Shown here in pieces: positions 29,668-39,759 of a DNA stretch of 64,000 nt (the stretch's first letter is position 1; each line of letters begins with the position of its first letter). This DNA comes from Planctomycetota bacterium (GTDB lineage Bacteria; Planctomycetota; Phycisphaerae; SM23-33). Both the position numbers and the translations under genes were made by a program. The notes under the pieces were generated by a model, which saw only the letters and a program-made list of their open reading frames with translations, searched no databases and was not told the origin of the DNA. The stretch spans positions 21,119 to 85,118 of the forward strand of contig DAOVZK010000002.1 in NCBI GenBank assembly GCA_030635145.1. Reading direction: 5' to 3'.

Positions 29668-31869
29668 ATGATCGACAAAACGAAATCAAAATCACGATTG
29701 CTTATTCTAGTTGTGTGCGCGTTGGGAATTCTTGCGGGCCCTGCGGTGCTTCATGCGCAGGACTCCACCCCCAAGGACAAAGAAAGCAAAGATCTGGTGC
29801 ACTCGGCGGCGTTTATAAAGAAGAGGCTTAACGAGCTTTTAGTGGCGATGTCGGATGTGGCGACGCTGCTGGAAAAAACTGAGCCTGAGGTGGCGAAAAT
29901 TTTGCGTCGGGCGGTGGATTATGCTCAGTCCGAGGACGTTTCCGATAAGCTGGAAGACGTGATTAATGCGTTGCGGGGCGGGTTAGACGAGGCTGCCCAA
30001 GTCAGCCACAGTGAAGTTATCGCCGACCTTACTACCATGCTTCGAATCATCGAGGGCGGAGTAAATGAAGATTCCGATATGGACAAACGTATCGCCGAGT
30101 TGCGGGCGGTGCGTAATCGGCTCGACAAGACAATCAAAAAGCAAACCGTCGAGGAAAAGAAAACACGCCCCGCCGCCAACGAAAAAGATATCGACGACCA
30201 AACGAAAAAGCTCATCGAATATCTGGAAAATATCGTCAAACAGCAGCAGGAACTGATGGGCAAAACCGGCAAACTCAAACCCGCCACCCCGGATGTTAAA
30301 AATCTTAGCGAACTTCGTAATACCATTCGCGAGCTTATCAAGCAGCAGGAAAAAATCAGCAAGGCCTCCGACACCTCTGCCCTGGCGAAGATTCCGGTTC
30401 TCGGTGAGGCTCAGGCGAAACTGTCGAAAAAAACCCAAGCCGCCATCAAGGCCATCAAAAAATCGAACATCGATCCCAAAACTCGCGACAAAACCGCAGC
30501 ATTCACCAAAGACGCCGCAGACGAAATGACCCACGCCGCCAAGTCGCTAAGTGAGTCGAACCCCAACTCTGCATCGCCGTCGCAAAAGCGAGCGATGGAG
30601 CGACTAAAGGCAGCCGAGAAAAAACTCTCCGAGGCGATAGCGAAAAAAACCGCGGGGCAGCCCAGCAGCGAACTTTCGCAGAAACAGGGCAAGCTCGCCG
30701 AGCAGACGGATGGGCTTAAGGACGAGTTAAAAAATATCGCCGACAAGGCGGGCATGGAAACGAAGAAAACCGGCGATCTCGGCAAGGCTGCCAAGTGTAT
30801 GAAAAAGGCTGAAGATAAACTCTCGTCGCAAGAATCATCTCCCGCGGTAAAGCAGCAGGAGATGGCGTTAAAAGAGTTGAAACGTGCCGTCGACGACGCC
30901 AAAAAACTTCGCCGGCTGGCTGCCGAAAAAGCGAAAACGAAAGTACCCGCCGAGCCGCAAAACGAAATCGCCGAAGAAACCAAAAAACTCGCCGAAGATA
31001 TGAAAAACACCGAATCCAAAAAGCCAATGGCTGGGCAGCCTTCGGTTTCCAAGGCAAGCAAATCAGCGGGGGCGGCGGGGAAGAAACTTTCCAGCGGTAA
31101 GTGCGGCGGGGCAAACAGCGACCAGAAAAAAACCATCGAAGAGCTGAAAAAAGCTATGTCACAACTCGACGAAGAAATCGAAGAGCTTGAACGTCTTTCA
31201 AAAATGGAAAAACTCGCCAGCATTGAAGAACAGCTGGAGAAAGTTCTCACTGACCAGAAGGAATGTACGCAAAAAACGCAGCGGGTGTATACGCTTCGTG
31301 CGAAAACAAAACCGCACTATAACCGCCAAGCCACCCAGACGATTTTGGAAGTTTCCAAACAGGAGAATTCGCTCAGCAAAGACGTTGGTGCGATCCGCCG
31401 CCTGCTTGTTAAGGAAGGAACAACGGTGGTTTTCCCCGAAGTTCTCGACGACATCGTCAAGGATATGCAGAGCGTTTCCAAACGTCTGGAGGCGACAGAT
31501 CCGGGTAAGTTGACGCAGGCGATGCAAAAGGATATCGAAGAAACGATTCAGGAGCTGCTCGACGCCGTCCGTAAGGAGTTGTCGAAAGGACCCGGGCGGA
31601 AGAAAGGCGGAGGAGCATGCAAGGGTGGCGGCAAATCTCCCCTCGTTCCCCCGCTGGCGGAGTTGCGTATGCTGCGTTTGAAAATGAAGCGGGTTAATCG
31701 GGGAACGAAACGGCTTGAGAAAATGAAAACGAGCAAGATGATAACCGAACCCGAGGCTAAAATCCAACACGCCAAGCTCGCCGAACGTCACAAAAAAGTT
31801 CTAGAGCTGGCAGGAAAAATCAAAAGCAAACTTGACAGCTCCCAGCCAAAACTGAAAAATCAGGAGTAA
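29668..31869 (+). CDS. secreted 733-aa K/E/A-rich coiled-coil protein
   Basis: ATG with an AGGAAA RBS. Signal peptide LLILVVCALGILAGPAVLHAQ. The rest is almost entirely charged heptad-like sequence. The ORF-track start at 29581 overlaps the upstream gene and is rejected. Confidence 0.7.
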   Translation: MIDKTKSKSRLLILVVCALGILAGPAVLHAQDSTPKDKESKDLVHSAAFIKKRLNELLVAMSDVATLLEKTEPEVAKILRRAVDYAQSEDVSDKLEDVINALRGGLDEAAQVSHSEVIADLTTMLRIIEGGVNEDSDMDKRIAELRAVRNRLDKTIKKQTVEEKKTRPAANEKDIDDQTKKLIEYLENIVKQQQELMGKTGKLKPATPDVKNLSELRNTIRELIKQQEKISKASDTSALAKIPVLGEAQAKLSKKTQAAIKAIKKSNIDPKTRDKTAAFTKDAADEMTHAAKSLSESNPNSASPSQKRAMERLKAAEKKLSEAIAKKTAGQPSSELSQKQGKLAEQTDGLKDELKNIADKAGMETKKTGDLGKAAKCMKKAEDKLSSQESSPAVKQQEMALKELKRAVDDAKKLRRLAAEKAKTKVPAEPQNEIAEETKKLAEDMKNTESKKPMAGQPSVSKASKSAGAAGKKLSSGKCGGANSDQKKTIEELKKAMSQLDEEIEELERLSKMEKLASIEEQLEKVLTDQKECTQKTQRVYTLRAKTKPHYNRQATQTILEVSKQENSLSKDVGAIRRLLVKEGTTVVFPEVLDDIVKDMQSVSKRLEATDPGKLTQAMQKDIEETIQELLDAVRKELSKGPGRKKGGGACKGGGKSPLVPPLAELRMLRLKMKRVNRGTKRLEKMKTSKMITEPEAKIQHAKLAERHKKVLELAGKIKSKLDSSQPKLKNQE

Positions 31870-31872
31870 GAC

Positions 31873-33096
31873 ATGACCGCAAAACGACTCATAATCGCAA
31901 TAGTTCTGGTTTTCTCGCTGGGAATTCTCACGAGTTCGCCGGTTCGAGCGCAATTCGTCGACGAAAAATACTCCTCCGTCACCTCACAGGATCAGATCGA
32001 CGACATTCTCGCGGATCTGTCCAACGAGGAGCTTGAAGCGATGGTTCAGGCTGCCATTCGGCGGCGTCTGGAAGTAGAGCGGCTGCAGACGGCGGCGGAA
32101 ATTTCGCAGAATATTCTCTACGAACCCGAGCGCATCGAAAAGGCCCTTACCCTGCTGGAGAACGTGGAGAAATCCTCGCAAAGCGACAACATCTCGCGAA
32201 TTTGCAAGGCCTACGCCATTACCGACGCGCGGTTTGCCGAGCCATATGAACTCTACACCAAAGGCAACTACCAAGCCGCCGCCGCCCTCCTGAAACCCAT
32301 GCTCAACCCCGAAGAGGAAACGTATCTCAGCGCGGCGATGCATTATGTGTACGGGGTGTCGCTGATTAAGACGGATAAAATTTGGAAAGGCACCGAAGCA
32401 TTGACGGAAATTCTCGTCAATCTTCCTGACCGCATAAGTTTTGCGTCGGAGGCAGCGTTTCAGGCGGCAGCGGCGTACGAAAAAATGGGCAGAAAAATAT
32501 ACGCCATGCAAATGTACAGCTACGCCATGCAAAATTATTCGCTTACGATGGACAAAAAACTGCTCGACGAAACGACGACAAAGCTTGCGAAATATGAGAC
32601 GATTTACAAGAACCCCATGAAGACGATCACCGAAATGCTTGGCGAGATCAAAGGACGGTTAGACAAAGATGACACGGGCAAAAAAACGCAGCTCAAGCAG
32701 CAAGAAACCCTCGATGTGCTGGATGACTGGATAAAGACGCTCGAAGAAAAAAACCGCCAGAAGGATAATCAAAACCAGAAAAACCAGCAGCGAGAAAAAC
32801 GCAAGCAGGAAAGAAAGAAGACTGAGGAGGAGAAAAAATCCGCAGGAAAAAAACAGGGCAATCCGTCCGGGAGCAAGCGGTCTAAAACCGGCGCGAGGGC
32901 ATCAGTGTTGGTACCAGGCCCGGTGAGTACGCCGAACAATATGGCGAAAAAATTTGGGGCAGGATCGTCGGACAAATGGTCAGAAATGCCCGCCAAGCAG
33001 CGTGAGCTTATCGAAAATCTAATGCGCCAGCGCACCGCCCAGCGGCGAAGCGGATTGGTTAGCGACTACCATAAAAAAATTGCTGAGGGTGAATAA
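31873..33096 (+). CDS. secreted TPR-like protein with a K/E/Q-rich C-terminal tail (BatC/BatE-like position)
   Basis: Signal peptide LIIAIVLVFSLGILTSSPVRAQ, TPR-like helices, and the tail KDNQNQKNQQREKRKQERKKTEEEKK. Confidence 0.65.
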   Translation: MTAKRLIIAIVLVFSLGILTSSPVRAQFVDEKYSSVTSQDQIDDILADLSNEELEAMVQAAIRRRLEVERLQTAAEISQNILYEPERIEKALTLLENVEKSSQSDNISRICKAYAITDARFAEPYELYTKGNYQAAAALLKPMLNPEEETYLSAAMHYVYGVSLIKTDKIWKGTEALTEILVNLPDRISFASEAAFQAAAAYEKMGRKIYAMQMYSYAMQNYSLTMDKKLLDETTTKLAKYETIYKNPMKTITEMLGEIKGRLDKDDTGKKTQLKQQETLDVLDDWIKTLEEKNRQKDNQNQKNQQREKRKQERKKTEEEKKSAGKKQGNPSGSKRSKTGARASVLVPGPVSTPNNMAKKFGAGSSDKWSEMPAKQRELIENLMRQRTAQRRSGLVSDYHKKIAEGE

Positions 33097-34340
33097 TGCC
33101 GATGAAAGCTCCGAAAATCCTGAATATCCTGAAACTTCGGGGGAATTATGCCGCGGCGGCGAGCTTCGTTGTAATGCTGTTCGCGATGATTACGACGAGC
33201 GCTGCGGAGACGGTGGAAACGCTCGACATGCAGCAAATCGAAGGGGCAATTGGCACCTTCGACGGAAAAACGCTGACGATCAAAATCGGTGATGGGGTAA
33301 AGAAAATTTCGGTCAAAGACCTCGCCGAACTCGTATTGCAAAAACCCAAAAACGCCAAATCCGCCCCCGGCACTATTGTGCTGCAAACAGTATGCGGGGA
33401 TATCATCCCCGTGAAAAATCTCACGCTGGACAAAGATCAATTCACGCTGCAAAATCCGCTACTGGGAAAAGTCGCCCTGAAAATGGACAAGGTCAAGGTG
33501 ATTTTCACCCCCGCCGAAAACGAAACTCCGCAGGACGTAATTGACAGCTGCACCGCCAACAAATATAAGCAAGGTTTGCGGGATATGCTGGTGATCGTTC
33601 GCAAAAATGGCGTCTTGCAGTCGGCACGCGGGGTGCTAAAGAGTGTCGGGCGGGAAAAAATCGGCTTCCAGCTCAAAGGGAAAGATCGCAGAATTTCCCG
33701 GGCATCGGTGCGTGCCATTTGGCTTTCGGAAACGCCCCAAAAACCCGCAGCCCCGCGCGGTGTGCTTATCGCAACCGACGGAACGCGGATTAAATTTACA
33801 GCCCTGAAGTTTGACGGAAAAACCGTCGAGGCCGAATCGTGGGTATTCGGAAAGTTGAAGTTCAACCGCCAGATGCTTAGTGGTGTGCGGTTCGTTTCGG
33901 ATCGCGTCGTGACACTCAGCGAACTGAAACCGACCGATGTTAAGGAACATGGATTCTTCGACAGCAAGACCTATCCCTACCGCATAGACCTTTCGACGAC
34001 GGGTAAGCCCATAACCCTGGGGGGTAAGGTTTACATTACTGGTTTGGGGCTTCACAGCTATTCGCAAATAACCTATGCGATCGACAAAAAGTATCGCACG
34101 TTTTTTGCGATTGTCGGAATCGACGACAATGCAAATTCCGACGGCGAGGCTAGCATCACGATTTTGGGTGACGGCAAAAAGCTGCTGCCCGAGACACAGC
34201 TGACAGCTGCGGGCAAGCCCGTCGCGGTTCGCTTAAATGTCACGGGCGTAAAGGAGCTGACGATCATCGTCGACAGCGGATCCGACAAACTTCCCGTCGG
34301 TGACCATGTGGATATCGTCGGTGCGCGACTGATAAAATGA
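33096..34340 (+). CDS. membrane-anchored protein with a C-terminal NPCBM-like carbohydrate-binding-module domain
   Basis: The C-terminus GLGLHSYSQITYAIDKKYRTFFAIVGIDDNANSDGEASITILGDGKKLL...LNVTGVKELTIIVDSGSDKLPVGDHVDIVGARL follows the NPCBM/NEW2 pattern (GlgvHa...F.a.vGvDD...v.F.v..DGk...v.vtGak.L.L.v.d.gd...DhadW). 1-nt overlap with the upstream gene (TAATG). Confidence 0.65.
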   Translation: MPMKAPKILNILKLRGNYAAAASFVVMLFAMITTSAAETVETLDMQQIEGAIGTFDGKTLTIKIGDGVKKISVKDLAELVLQKPKNAKSAPGTIVLQTVCGDIIPVKNLTLDKDQFTLQNPLLGKVALKMDKVKVIFTPAENETPQDVIDSCTANKYKQGLRDMLVIVRKNGVLQSARGVLKSVGREKIGFQLKGKDRRISRASVRAIWLSETPQKPAAPRGVLIATDGTRIKFTALKFDGKTVEAESWVFGKLKFNRQMLSGVRFVSDRVVTLSELKPTDVKEHGFFDSKTYPYRIDLSTTGKPITLGGKVYITGLGLHSYSQITYAIDKKYRTFFAIVGIDDNANSDGEASITILGDGKKLLPETQLTAAGKPVAVRLNVTGVKELTIIVDSGSDKLPVGDHVDIVGARLIK

Positions 34341-34352
34341 CCAGGCATCGAT

Positions 34353-34541
34353 GTGATACTCGATAATCTTGGCGCCCACAAACGACAAGCCGCGATTGAT
34401 GCCATTGAATACGCCAAACCCGCTGCCTACAAAACAATGCGTCGATTACGCGAACGCGGAATGTGGGAAGATGTCGGCATGGCCGTTATCAGAAAAAAGT
34501 GTGAACGCAAATTTGTCAACGTCCGGCAGGTTGAAATCTGA
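34353..34541 (+). pseudogene. possible IS630/Tc1-family transposase C-terminal fragment
   Basis: ILDNLGAHKRQAAIDAIE resembles the DDE_3 segment (lvLDNlsaHKtkaVrewl) of IS630 transposases. The rest does not match and no upstream N-terminal part exists. Confidence 0.35.
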
Positions 34542-34736
34542 TAACTAAGTCATGTAGGCTCGGGCGGTGCGACCGCAGCGACCGCTAGCAGCGGGGGCAT
34601 AATAAAAGAGCTTGGGACTTTGAGATTGGTTGGGGCGTCGGGTATCATCGTCAACCCTTGGGGTTGCCTGCTTGGCCTTCATTTCCAAGCTCGTCCTAAA
34701 CTGCGCATCAAGATGCGATGGCAATTTTAACCCACT

Positions 34737-36050
34737 CTAATTTTCCACAGGTTCTTTTCCGAGTACTTCCGAAACAGAAACAGCCTCGCCGCTATCTACG
34801 CTCTTGTATGCCGCGATGCCGACCATGATGGAATAGGCTCCATCGCGATGCCCAGCCTTGCGTTTCAGCGGGTCAGCCGGGGCGTTTTCCGCATCAAAAA
34901 TCTCAGCCTGAATAATCGGGTCGCCCCCGCCATGCCCGCCCTCGCTGATTTCAACCTCGATTTCCCGAGGTTCTTCAAATTCGGGAATCAGTGTGATTGT
35001 TGTCTTGTCTTTCACTATATCACCTTGGACGGTCTCGTCGCCTGACATGTAGCTGTTTTCGCAACAGGCGTGTTCCAATCTGCCCTTTGTGCCGTTAAAG
35101 GCAATACGGTAGCCTTCATACGGCGAGTAATTGTGCAGCATGTAGCTGAGAATCGCGCCATTTCGATATCTTACGGAAACAGATTCGTTGTCCCAGATTT
35201 CGATATCGTCGGCAAAGACACATTTGTCACGGATGTAGTGCGGGGGATATTTTTCGCAATCAAGGTATAGTTCGCGAAGTCTATCTCCATCAGTAATATC
35301 AATGTAGAACTGGCACTTGTCCTTTACGGGACAGCCCAAACAACGCTCGCCGTGATCCTGCAGCCCTCGCTCAACAGCCTGCTGCGGTGTGTAAAATTTT
35401 CGCGAAGCATGACAGAAAACATTTTCCGGAATATCGTCCAGCCACCAGTTTACGAGGTCGAAATGATGAGTTGACTTATGAACCAGCAGCGACCCGGAAT
35501 TATCACGATAGCGATGCCATCTCCTGAAGTAATCCGCACCGTGTCGGGTGTCCAGCATCCATTTGAAATCTACGCTCAGGATTTCGCCGATCGCGCCTTC
35601 CATCAGAATTCTTTTGACCTGACTACGCGGCAAGGCATAACGATAGTTGAATGTTACCTGCAGGTCTCGCCCGGTTTTCTCAACCGTTTCAAGTATCTCC
35701 CTGCAGCTGACTTCATCTGTTGTCATAGGCTTTTCGGTCACAACGTCGCAGCCCAGTTCCATAGCCCGGCAGATATACTCGCTGTGCGTTGCGTCCGGGC
35801 CGGTGGTGACGATAACCGTATCGGGCTTTTTCTCCGCGATCATCCGGTCGAAATCCTCAGCTAAGTAAGTTGGAACTTCACCATAGCCTTTTTTCTTAAA
35901 CTCGCGATTCCAGTAATCCATTCGGCCCTGATTCAGATCGCATATGCCGACAAAATCAACGGTGTCTTTATATTTATCCGTCATTGGATCGCAGAACATA
36001 CCCGCTCTTCCCCCCATCCCTACCTGAACAAAACGCTTCATGGACATCAC
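34737..36050 (-). CDS. Gfo/Idh/MocA-family NAD(P)-dependent oxidoreductase
   Basis: N-terminal Rossmann fold VQVGMGGRAGMF...DFVGICDL...VIVTTGPDATHSEY...VVTEKPM typical of Gfo/Idh/MocA. Flanked on both sides by transposase remnants. Confidence 0.85.
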   Translation of the reverse strand: MMSMKRFVQVGMGGRAGMFCDPMTDKYKDTVDFVGICDLNQGRMDYWNREFKKKGYGEVPTYLAEDFDRMIAEKKPDTVIVTTGPDATHSEYICRAMELGCDVVTEKPMTTDEVSCREILETVEKTGRDLQVTFNYRYALPRSQVKRILMEGAIGEILSVDFKWMLDTRHGADYFRRWHRYRDNSGSLLVHKSTHHFDLVNWWLDDIPENVFCHASRKFYTPQQAVERGLQDHGERCLGCPVKDKCQFYIDITDGDRLRELYLDCEKYPPHYIRDKCVFADDIEIWDNESVSVRYRNGAILSYMLHNYSPYEGYRIAFNGTKGRLEHACCENSYMSGDETVQGDIVKDKTTITLIPEFEEPREIEVEISEGGHGGGDPIIQAEIFDAENAPADPLKRKAGHRDGAYSIMVGIAAYKSVDSGEAVSVSEVLGKEPVEN

Positions 36051-36419
36051 TTTACTCCCGTTTTTTTACTAATTATAACCTGCCGGCACTCTGTTAATTT
36101 TCATACCACAGGGCCGTATCATAGACAAAAATGTATAGCTTTTCCTTAATTCAAGATTTGCGGCGATTTTGATATGGTATTCCGAGAACCTTAAACCAGA
36201 CGCATATTATCCGAGTGATTGTACTCTGCCAATCCGGGAAAGCCAGACCTTTTTTGCTTCTACCGGGACTTTATGAGGCCTGAGGCTCCTAAAGTCACAT
36301 TCACATAACTAATGTTTTAATATAGAGATAAGCTTCATTATTTTTCTAGTACTACAGCTGCGTATTTGATTTTACTGATAGAATCTTAAGGAAACGGGTG
36401 TTTCCTTGAGGAGAATCGG

Positions 36420-36917
36420 CATGAATAACGTGAAAGAATCGCAAGTGTATAAATGGGCTGATGAGTTTGAGGTTTTGTCTCCCTTCACAGAAAACTTGTA
36501 ACTTTTTACAAATTTTCTGTGAAGGGAGACCCTGGCGGCCATGTTCACGAATCGACAATGCTGGATGTCTTGTTGATTTCGGCCGATGAACATTTGGTGT
36601 CGAATGACGGTACAAAAATTCCTTGGCCGAAAGCTTTGGCTGGCGACAAAGGCTATCGTGCAGATTGGATTGATGAGTATTTGCTGGAGCTGGAGATTCG
36701 GCCGGTGATACCTTCAAAGGAAAATGAAAACCGTGGGTCGCGGCCGGTAGAATTTGACAAGGAACAATATCGCAAACGAAACATAGTGGAGAGGTTAATC
36801 GGCTGGCTGAAAGAAAACCGTAGAGTGCTTAGCCGTTTTGAGAAAACTGCAAAAAATTTCATTGGAATGATCAAGATGGCCTTCATCTACCGATACCTGA
36901 GATTGGCAACAAAATGA
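36420..36917 (+). pseudogene. IS5/IS4-family (DDE_Tnp_1) transposase remnant. The orfA-like stub is truncated and the orfB C-terminal half is retained.
   Basis: GDKGYRADWIDEYLLELEIRPVIPSKENENRGSRPVEFDKEQYRKRNIVERLIGWLKENRRVLSRFEKTAKNFIGMIKMAFIYRYL matches the IS5-family C-terminal consensus (aDKGYds...ie.vIP.k.n......d...Yk.RniVErlfgrlK.frRiatRyeK...nflamv.la). The upstream 26-aa stub MNNVKESQVYKWADEFEVLSPFTENL ends at a hairpin. Confidence 0.65.
36479..36527. repeat. 21-bp inverted repeat CCCTTCACAGAAAACTTGTAA / TTACAAATTTTCTGTGAAGGG (1 mismatch, 6-bp spacer)
   Basis: Read directly. It sits at the junction between the orfA stub and the orfB-like segment of the IS5 remnant. Confidence 0.5.
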
Positions 36918-37124
36918 CTTTTCAGACAGAACCTAGTATTTTTCCACATATTGTAGTAGAATGAGTCTTAGGAATTTGGGATTGAATAGCTGTACGGTTG
37001 AGGTACTGTACGGTTGGTGTGCAAAAATTCCGGAGGTAAGAGCATCGCAAAAAGCGAACTGGCAACTTTGAGATGCTCTAAGTGAGGTTATCCCGGCGTA
37101 AAGCCAGCTGTTAGAGGTTAGTGC

Positions 37125-38717
37125 GTGGACATCGGCAAGGAACAACAAGGCGCCCAATCTATTTACTCGGATGATTTGCGCAGTTTCGGCGCGGCTGATG
37201 TAACCCGCGACGAGGGATACTACACGTCGCTATTTAGCGATCTACCACACGGCATCGTCGAAACCGATCTAAGCGGAAACATTGTGTTCAGCAATCCGGC
37301 GCACCACAAAATGCTCGGGTTTCGCGACGGGGCAATTATCGGCCGACATGTTTGCGAATTGATGCCCGACGAATCGCAGCAGCTGAGGTTCCGCGCGTTT
37401 CTGCAGGACATACTCGCGAACCAGCCCGCCCCCACACCCTACCGGTCGCAGAACGTCAAAGGCAACGGACAAATTATCGACACACTTGCCGACTGGATCT
37501 ACAAACGCAACGACAACGGCGAGGTCGTGGGATTTGTGGCGATCATAACGGACATCACCGCGCGAGTGCGTGCCGAAAACAGCCTCCGCGAAAGCGAAGA
37601 ACGCTACCGGCTGCTGGCGGAAAACGCAAACGATATCATTTCGCGATGTTCACCCGAGGGGTGCTACACTTACGTCTCGCGGGCCTGCAATACGATCCTT
37701 GGGTATCGGCCTGAAGAACTGCTCGGGCGAAACATGCAGGATTTCTGCGGCGGCGATCACGTCGAAAAAATTCGTCAGGTAATCGAAAGCAAAAACACCT
37801 CGCACCCCGATCGCGCCAACGTCATCGAGTACCCCTTCCGCAAGCACGATGGGGCATACGTATGGCTGGAATCGACGTTTCGGATCATTCGCGGGTTGAA
37901 GACCGGGCATATCATAGAACTGATCGTAATCTCGCGGGATATTTCGCATCGTAAGGAAGACGAAGCAAAACGCCACAAACTTCAGTCGCGAATCCAGCAG
38001 CTGCAAAAGCTCGAAAGTCTGGGGGTACTGGCTGGGGGTATCGCGCACGACTTCAACAATCTACTGGTGGGCATTTTAGGTAACGCAGACCTGGCGCTGA
38101 TGGATATTAAACCGTCGGATCCGGCGCACGAACTTATGCAAAACGTAAAAGAGTCGGCCCTGAGGGCGTCGGATTTGACGAACCAGATGCTGGCGTATTC
38201 GGGTAAGGGAAAATTCGTCATCAGCAAAATCGACTTAGGCGAACTCATCGGCGAGACGGCGGGGTTGTTGGCCGAGTCGGAAAACGACGACGCAACGCTG
38301 CACTGTCAGCTCACCGAAAAATTACCGCCGATCGAAGGCGACGTTTCGCAAATTCAGCAGGTCGTAACGAACATTCTGACCAACGCCATCGAGGCCGTCG
38401 CGGAAAACTCCGGAACAGTGACCGTCTTTACCCAGCAAGTCGAGGCCGACGACGATTACATCTCACATTTCTATCTCGGTGAAGACCTCAAGGCGGGGCC
38501 GTACGTCAGCCTGAAGGTTGTCGACTCTGGTGAGGGGATGGACGCAGAAACCCGCAAGCGAATATTTGAGCCGTTTTTCTCGACCAAATTCCCCGGCCGC
38601 GGATTGGGCCTCGCCGCCGTGCTGGGAATCGTTCGCGGACACCACGGGGGCATATCCGTAACCAGCAAACCGGGTGTGGGTACGACCGTTGAGGTTCTGC
38701 TACCGGCGGCTGAGTGA
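37125..38717 (+). CDS. PAS-domain sensor histidine kinase (two PAS, HisKA, HATPase_c), cytoplasmic
   Basis: PAS segments (LFSDLPHGIVETDLSGNIVFSNPAHHKMLGF..., LLAENANDIISRCSPEGCYTYVS...). H-box ESLGVLAGGIAHDFNNLL. N, G1, G2 boxes (NAIEA, DSGEGMD, GRGLGLA). GTG start with a GAGGT RBS. Confidence 0.85.
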   Translation: MDIGKEQQGAQSIYSDDLRSFGAADVTRDEGYYTSLFSDLPHGIVETDLSGNIVFSNPAHHKMLGFRDGAIIGRHVCELMPDESQQLRFRAFLQDILANQPAPTPYRSQNVKGNGQIIDTLADWIYKRNDNGEVVGFVAIITDITARVRAENSLRESEERYRLLAENANDIISRCSPEGCYTYVSRACNTILGYRPEELLGRNMQDFCGGDHVEKIRQVIESKNTSHPDRANVIEYPFRKHDGAYVWLESTFRIIRGLKTGHIIELIVISRDISHRKEDEAKRHKLQSRIQQLQKLESLGVLAGGIAHDFNNLLVGILGNADLALMDIKPSDPAHELMQNVKESALRASDLTNQMLAYSGKGKFVISKIDLGELIGETAGLLAESENDDATLHCQLTEKLPPIEGDVSQIQQVVTNILTNAIEAVAENSGTVTVFTQQVEADDDYISHFYLGEDLKAGPYVSLKVVDSGEGMDAETRKRIFEPFFSTKFPGRGLGLAAVLGIVRGHHGGISVTSKPGVGTTVEVLLPAAE

Positions 38718-38765
38718 TCGGGATAGCAGCAACCCGACACAGACAAAACGCCAGTTCCAAAAACG

Positions 38766-39422
38766 CTATTTGAGCTTTATCGTTATCCAGTCGCGTTGAG
38801 TTTCGACGAGCTGCCCTTCGGGGTTTCGCTTGACTCTGAAAAACACCAGGTAAAGCCTATTTGCCGGGCACTTCTGAATCTTCACGTTTTGCCCGTCGAG
38901 GCAGAAGCCCTTAACGCTGCGGGTGCAAAGATACCCACCACCCTTAGTGAGGGAAACTTGCGTAACACCGTCGGTGTCGTAGCGATGCGAGTCTTTACCC
39001 AGGTACGCCCAGTTGTGATACCGCTGGTTGTTGTCGCTGTAAGCATAGAGCAGCCCCTCGGGGTTCTGGAAATTCTCGCTGATCTGCGAGGAAGCATCGA
39101 TAATTTTGTCCATCCGCACCCCTGCTTTTGCCATCTGCAAAGCGTTGGGGTTGAAAGATGCCTGCACCAGTATCGTATCGAGCTTGTCGAAGTAGAAAAT
39201 CATCTCAAACGGTTTCCTGGTGAGGGTTGCTTCGTGATCGGAAACCGAAATTTTCCTTTCGCCCTGCTGAATGCCGACTGCAAAGCTGGTAGATTTTTCG
39301 GGAATGAATTTGTCAAGCTTGGGTTTGCTCCACATGGGAAGGCATCCTGCACACTGCAAAAAGAGGCCCAAAACCCCGCACACGGTGATGCATCGAACCA
39401 GACTGTTTTTCACGATAGACAT
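38766..39422 (-). CDS. hypothetical lipoprotein (218 aa)
   Basis: Start MSIVKNSLVRCITVCGVLGLFLQCAGC (signal plus lipobox) with GGAG 8 nt upstream. The ORF-track extension to 39917 has no signal or RBS logic and is rejected. Confidence 0.6.
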   Translation of the reverse strand: MSIVKNSLVRCITVCGVLGLFLQCAGCLPMWSKPKLDKFIPEKSTSFAVGIQQGERKISVSDHEATLTRKPFEMIFYFDKLDTILVQASFNPNALQMAKAGVRMDKIIDASSQISENFQNPEGLLYAYSDNNQRYHNWAYLGKDSHRYDTDGVTQVSLTKGGGYLCTRSVKGFCLDGQNVKIQKCPANRLYLVFFRVKRNPEGQLVETQRDWITIKLK

Positions 39423-39759
39423 TATATATGCTCCTGTAATACGTAGCGGCACCGCTAAGGTGGCACCTATCTGTGTGATATCGGCCAAAACAGGCGTTTT
39501 TCTTGGACGCAAATAGATCGTAAAACATTTCTGGTGAAAAAAAACTGACCTGTTTGCAGAAGTACTTGCATTATCTGTGGGGTTCTGTCGATAGTTTGTT
39601 AAACGCACATGCCTGTCCGCACCCGTTGCGGGCTGGGTACAGCTGATTTTTAACGACAAGTCGGGTTGATACCTGCTGCGGTGTGACTTAGAATACATCT
39701 TGCGTGTTTGGCCTTTCGCGTAGAAAGGGCCCGCGGATTCAAGAAAGGATATATAGATA

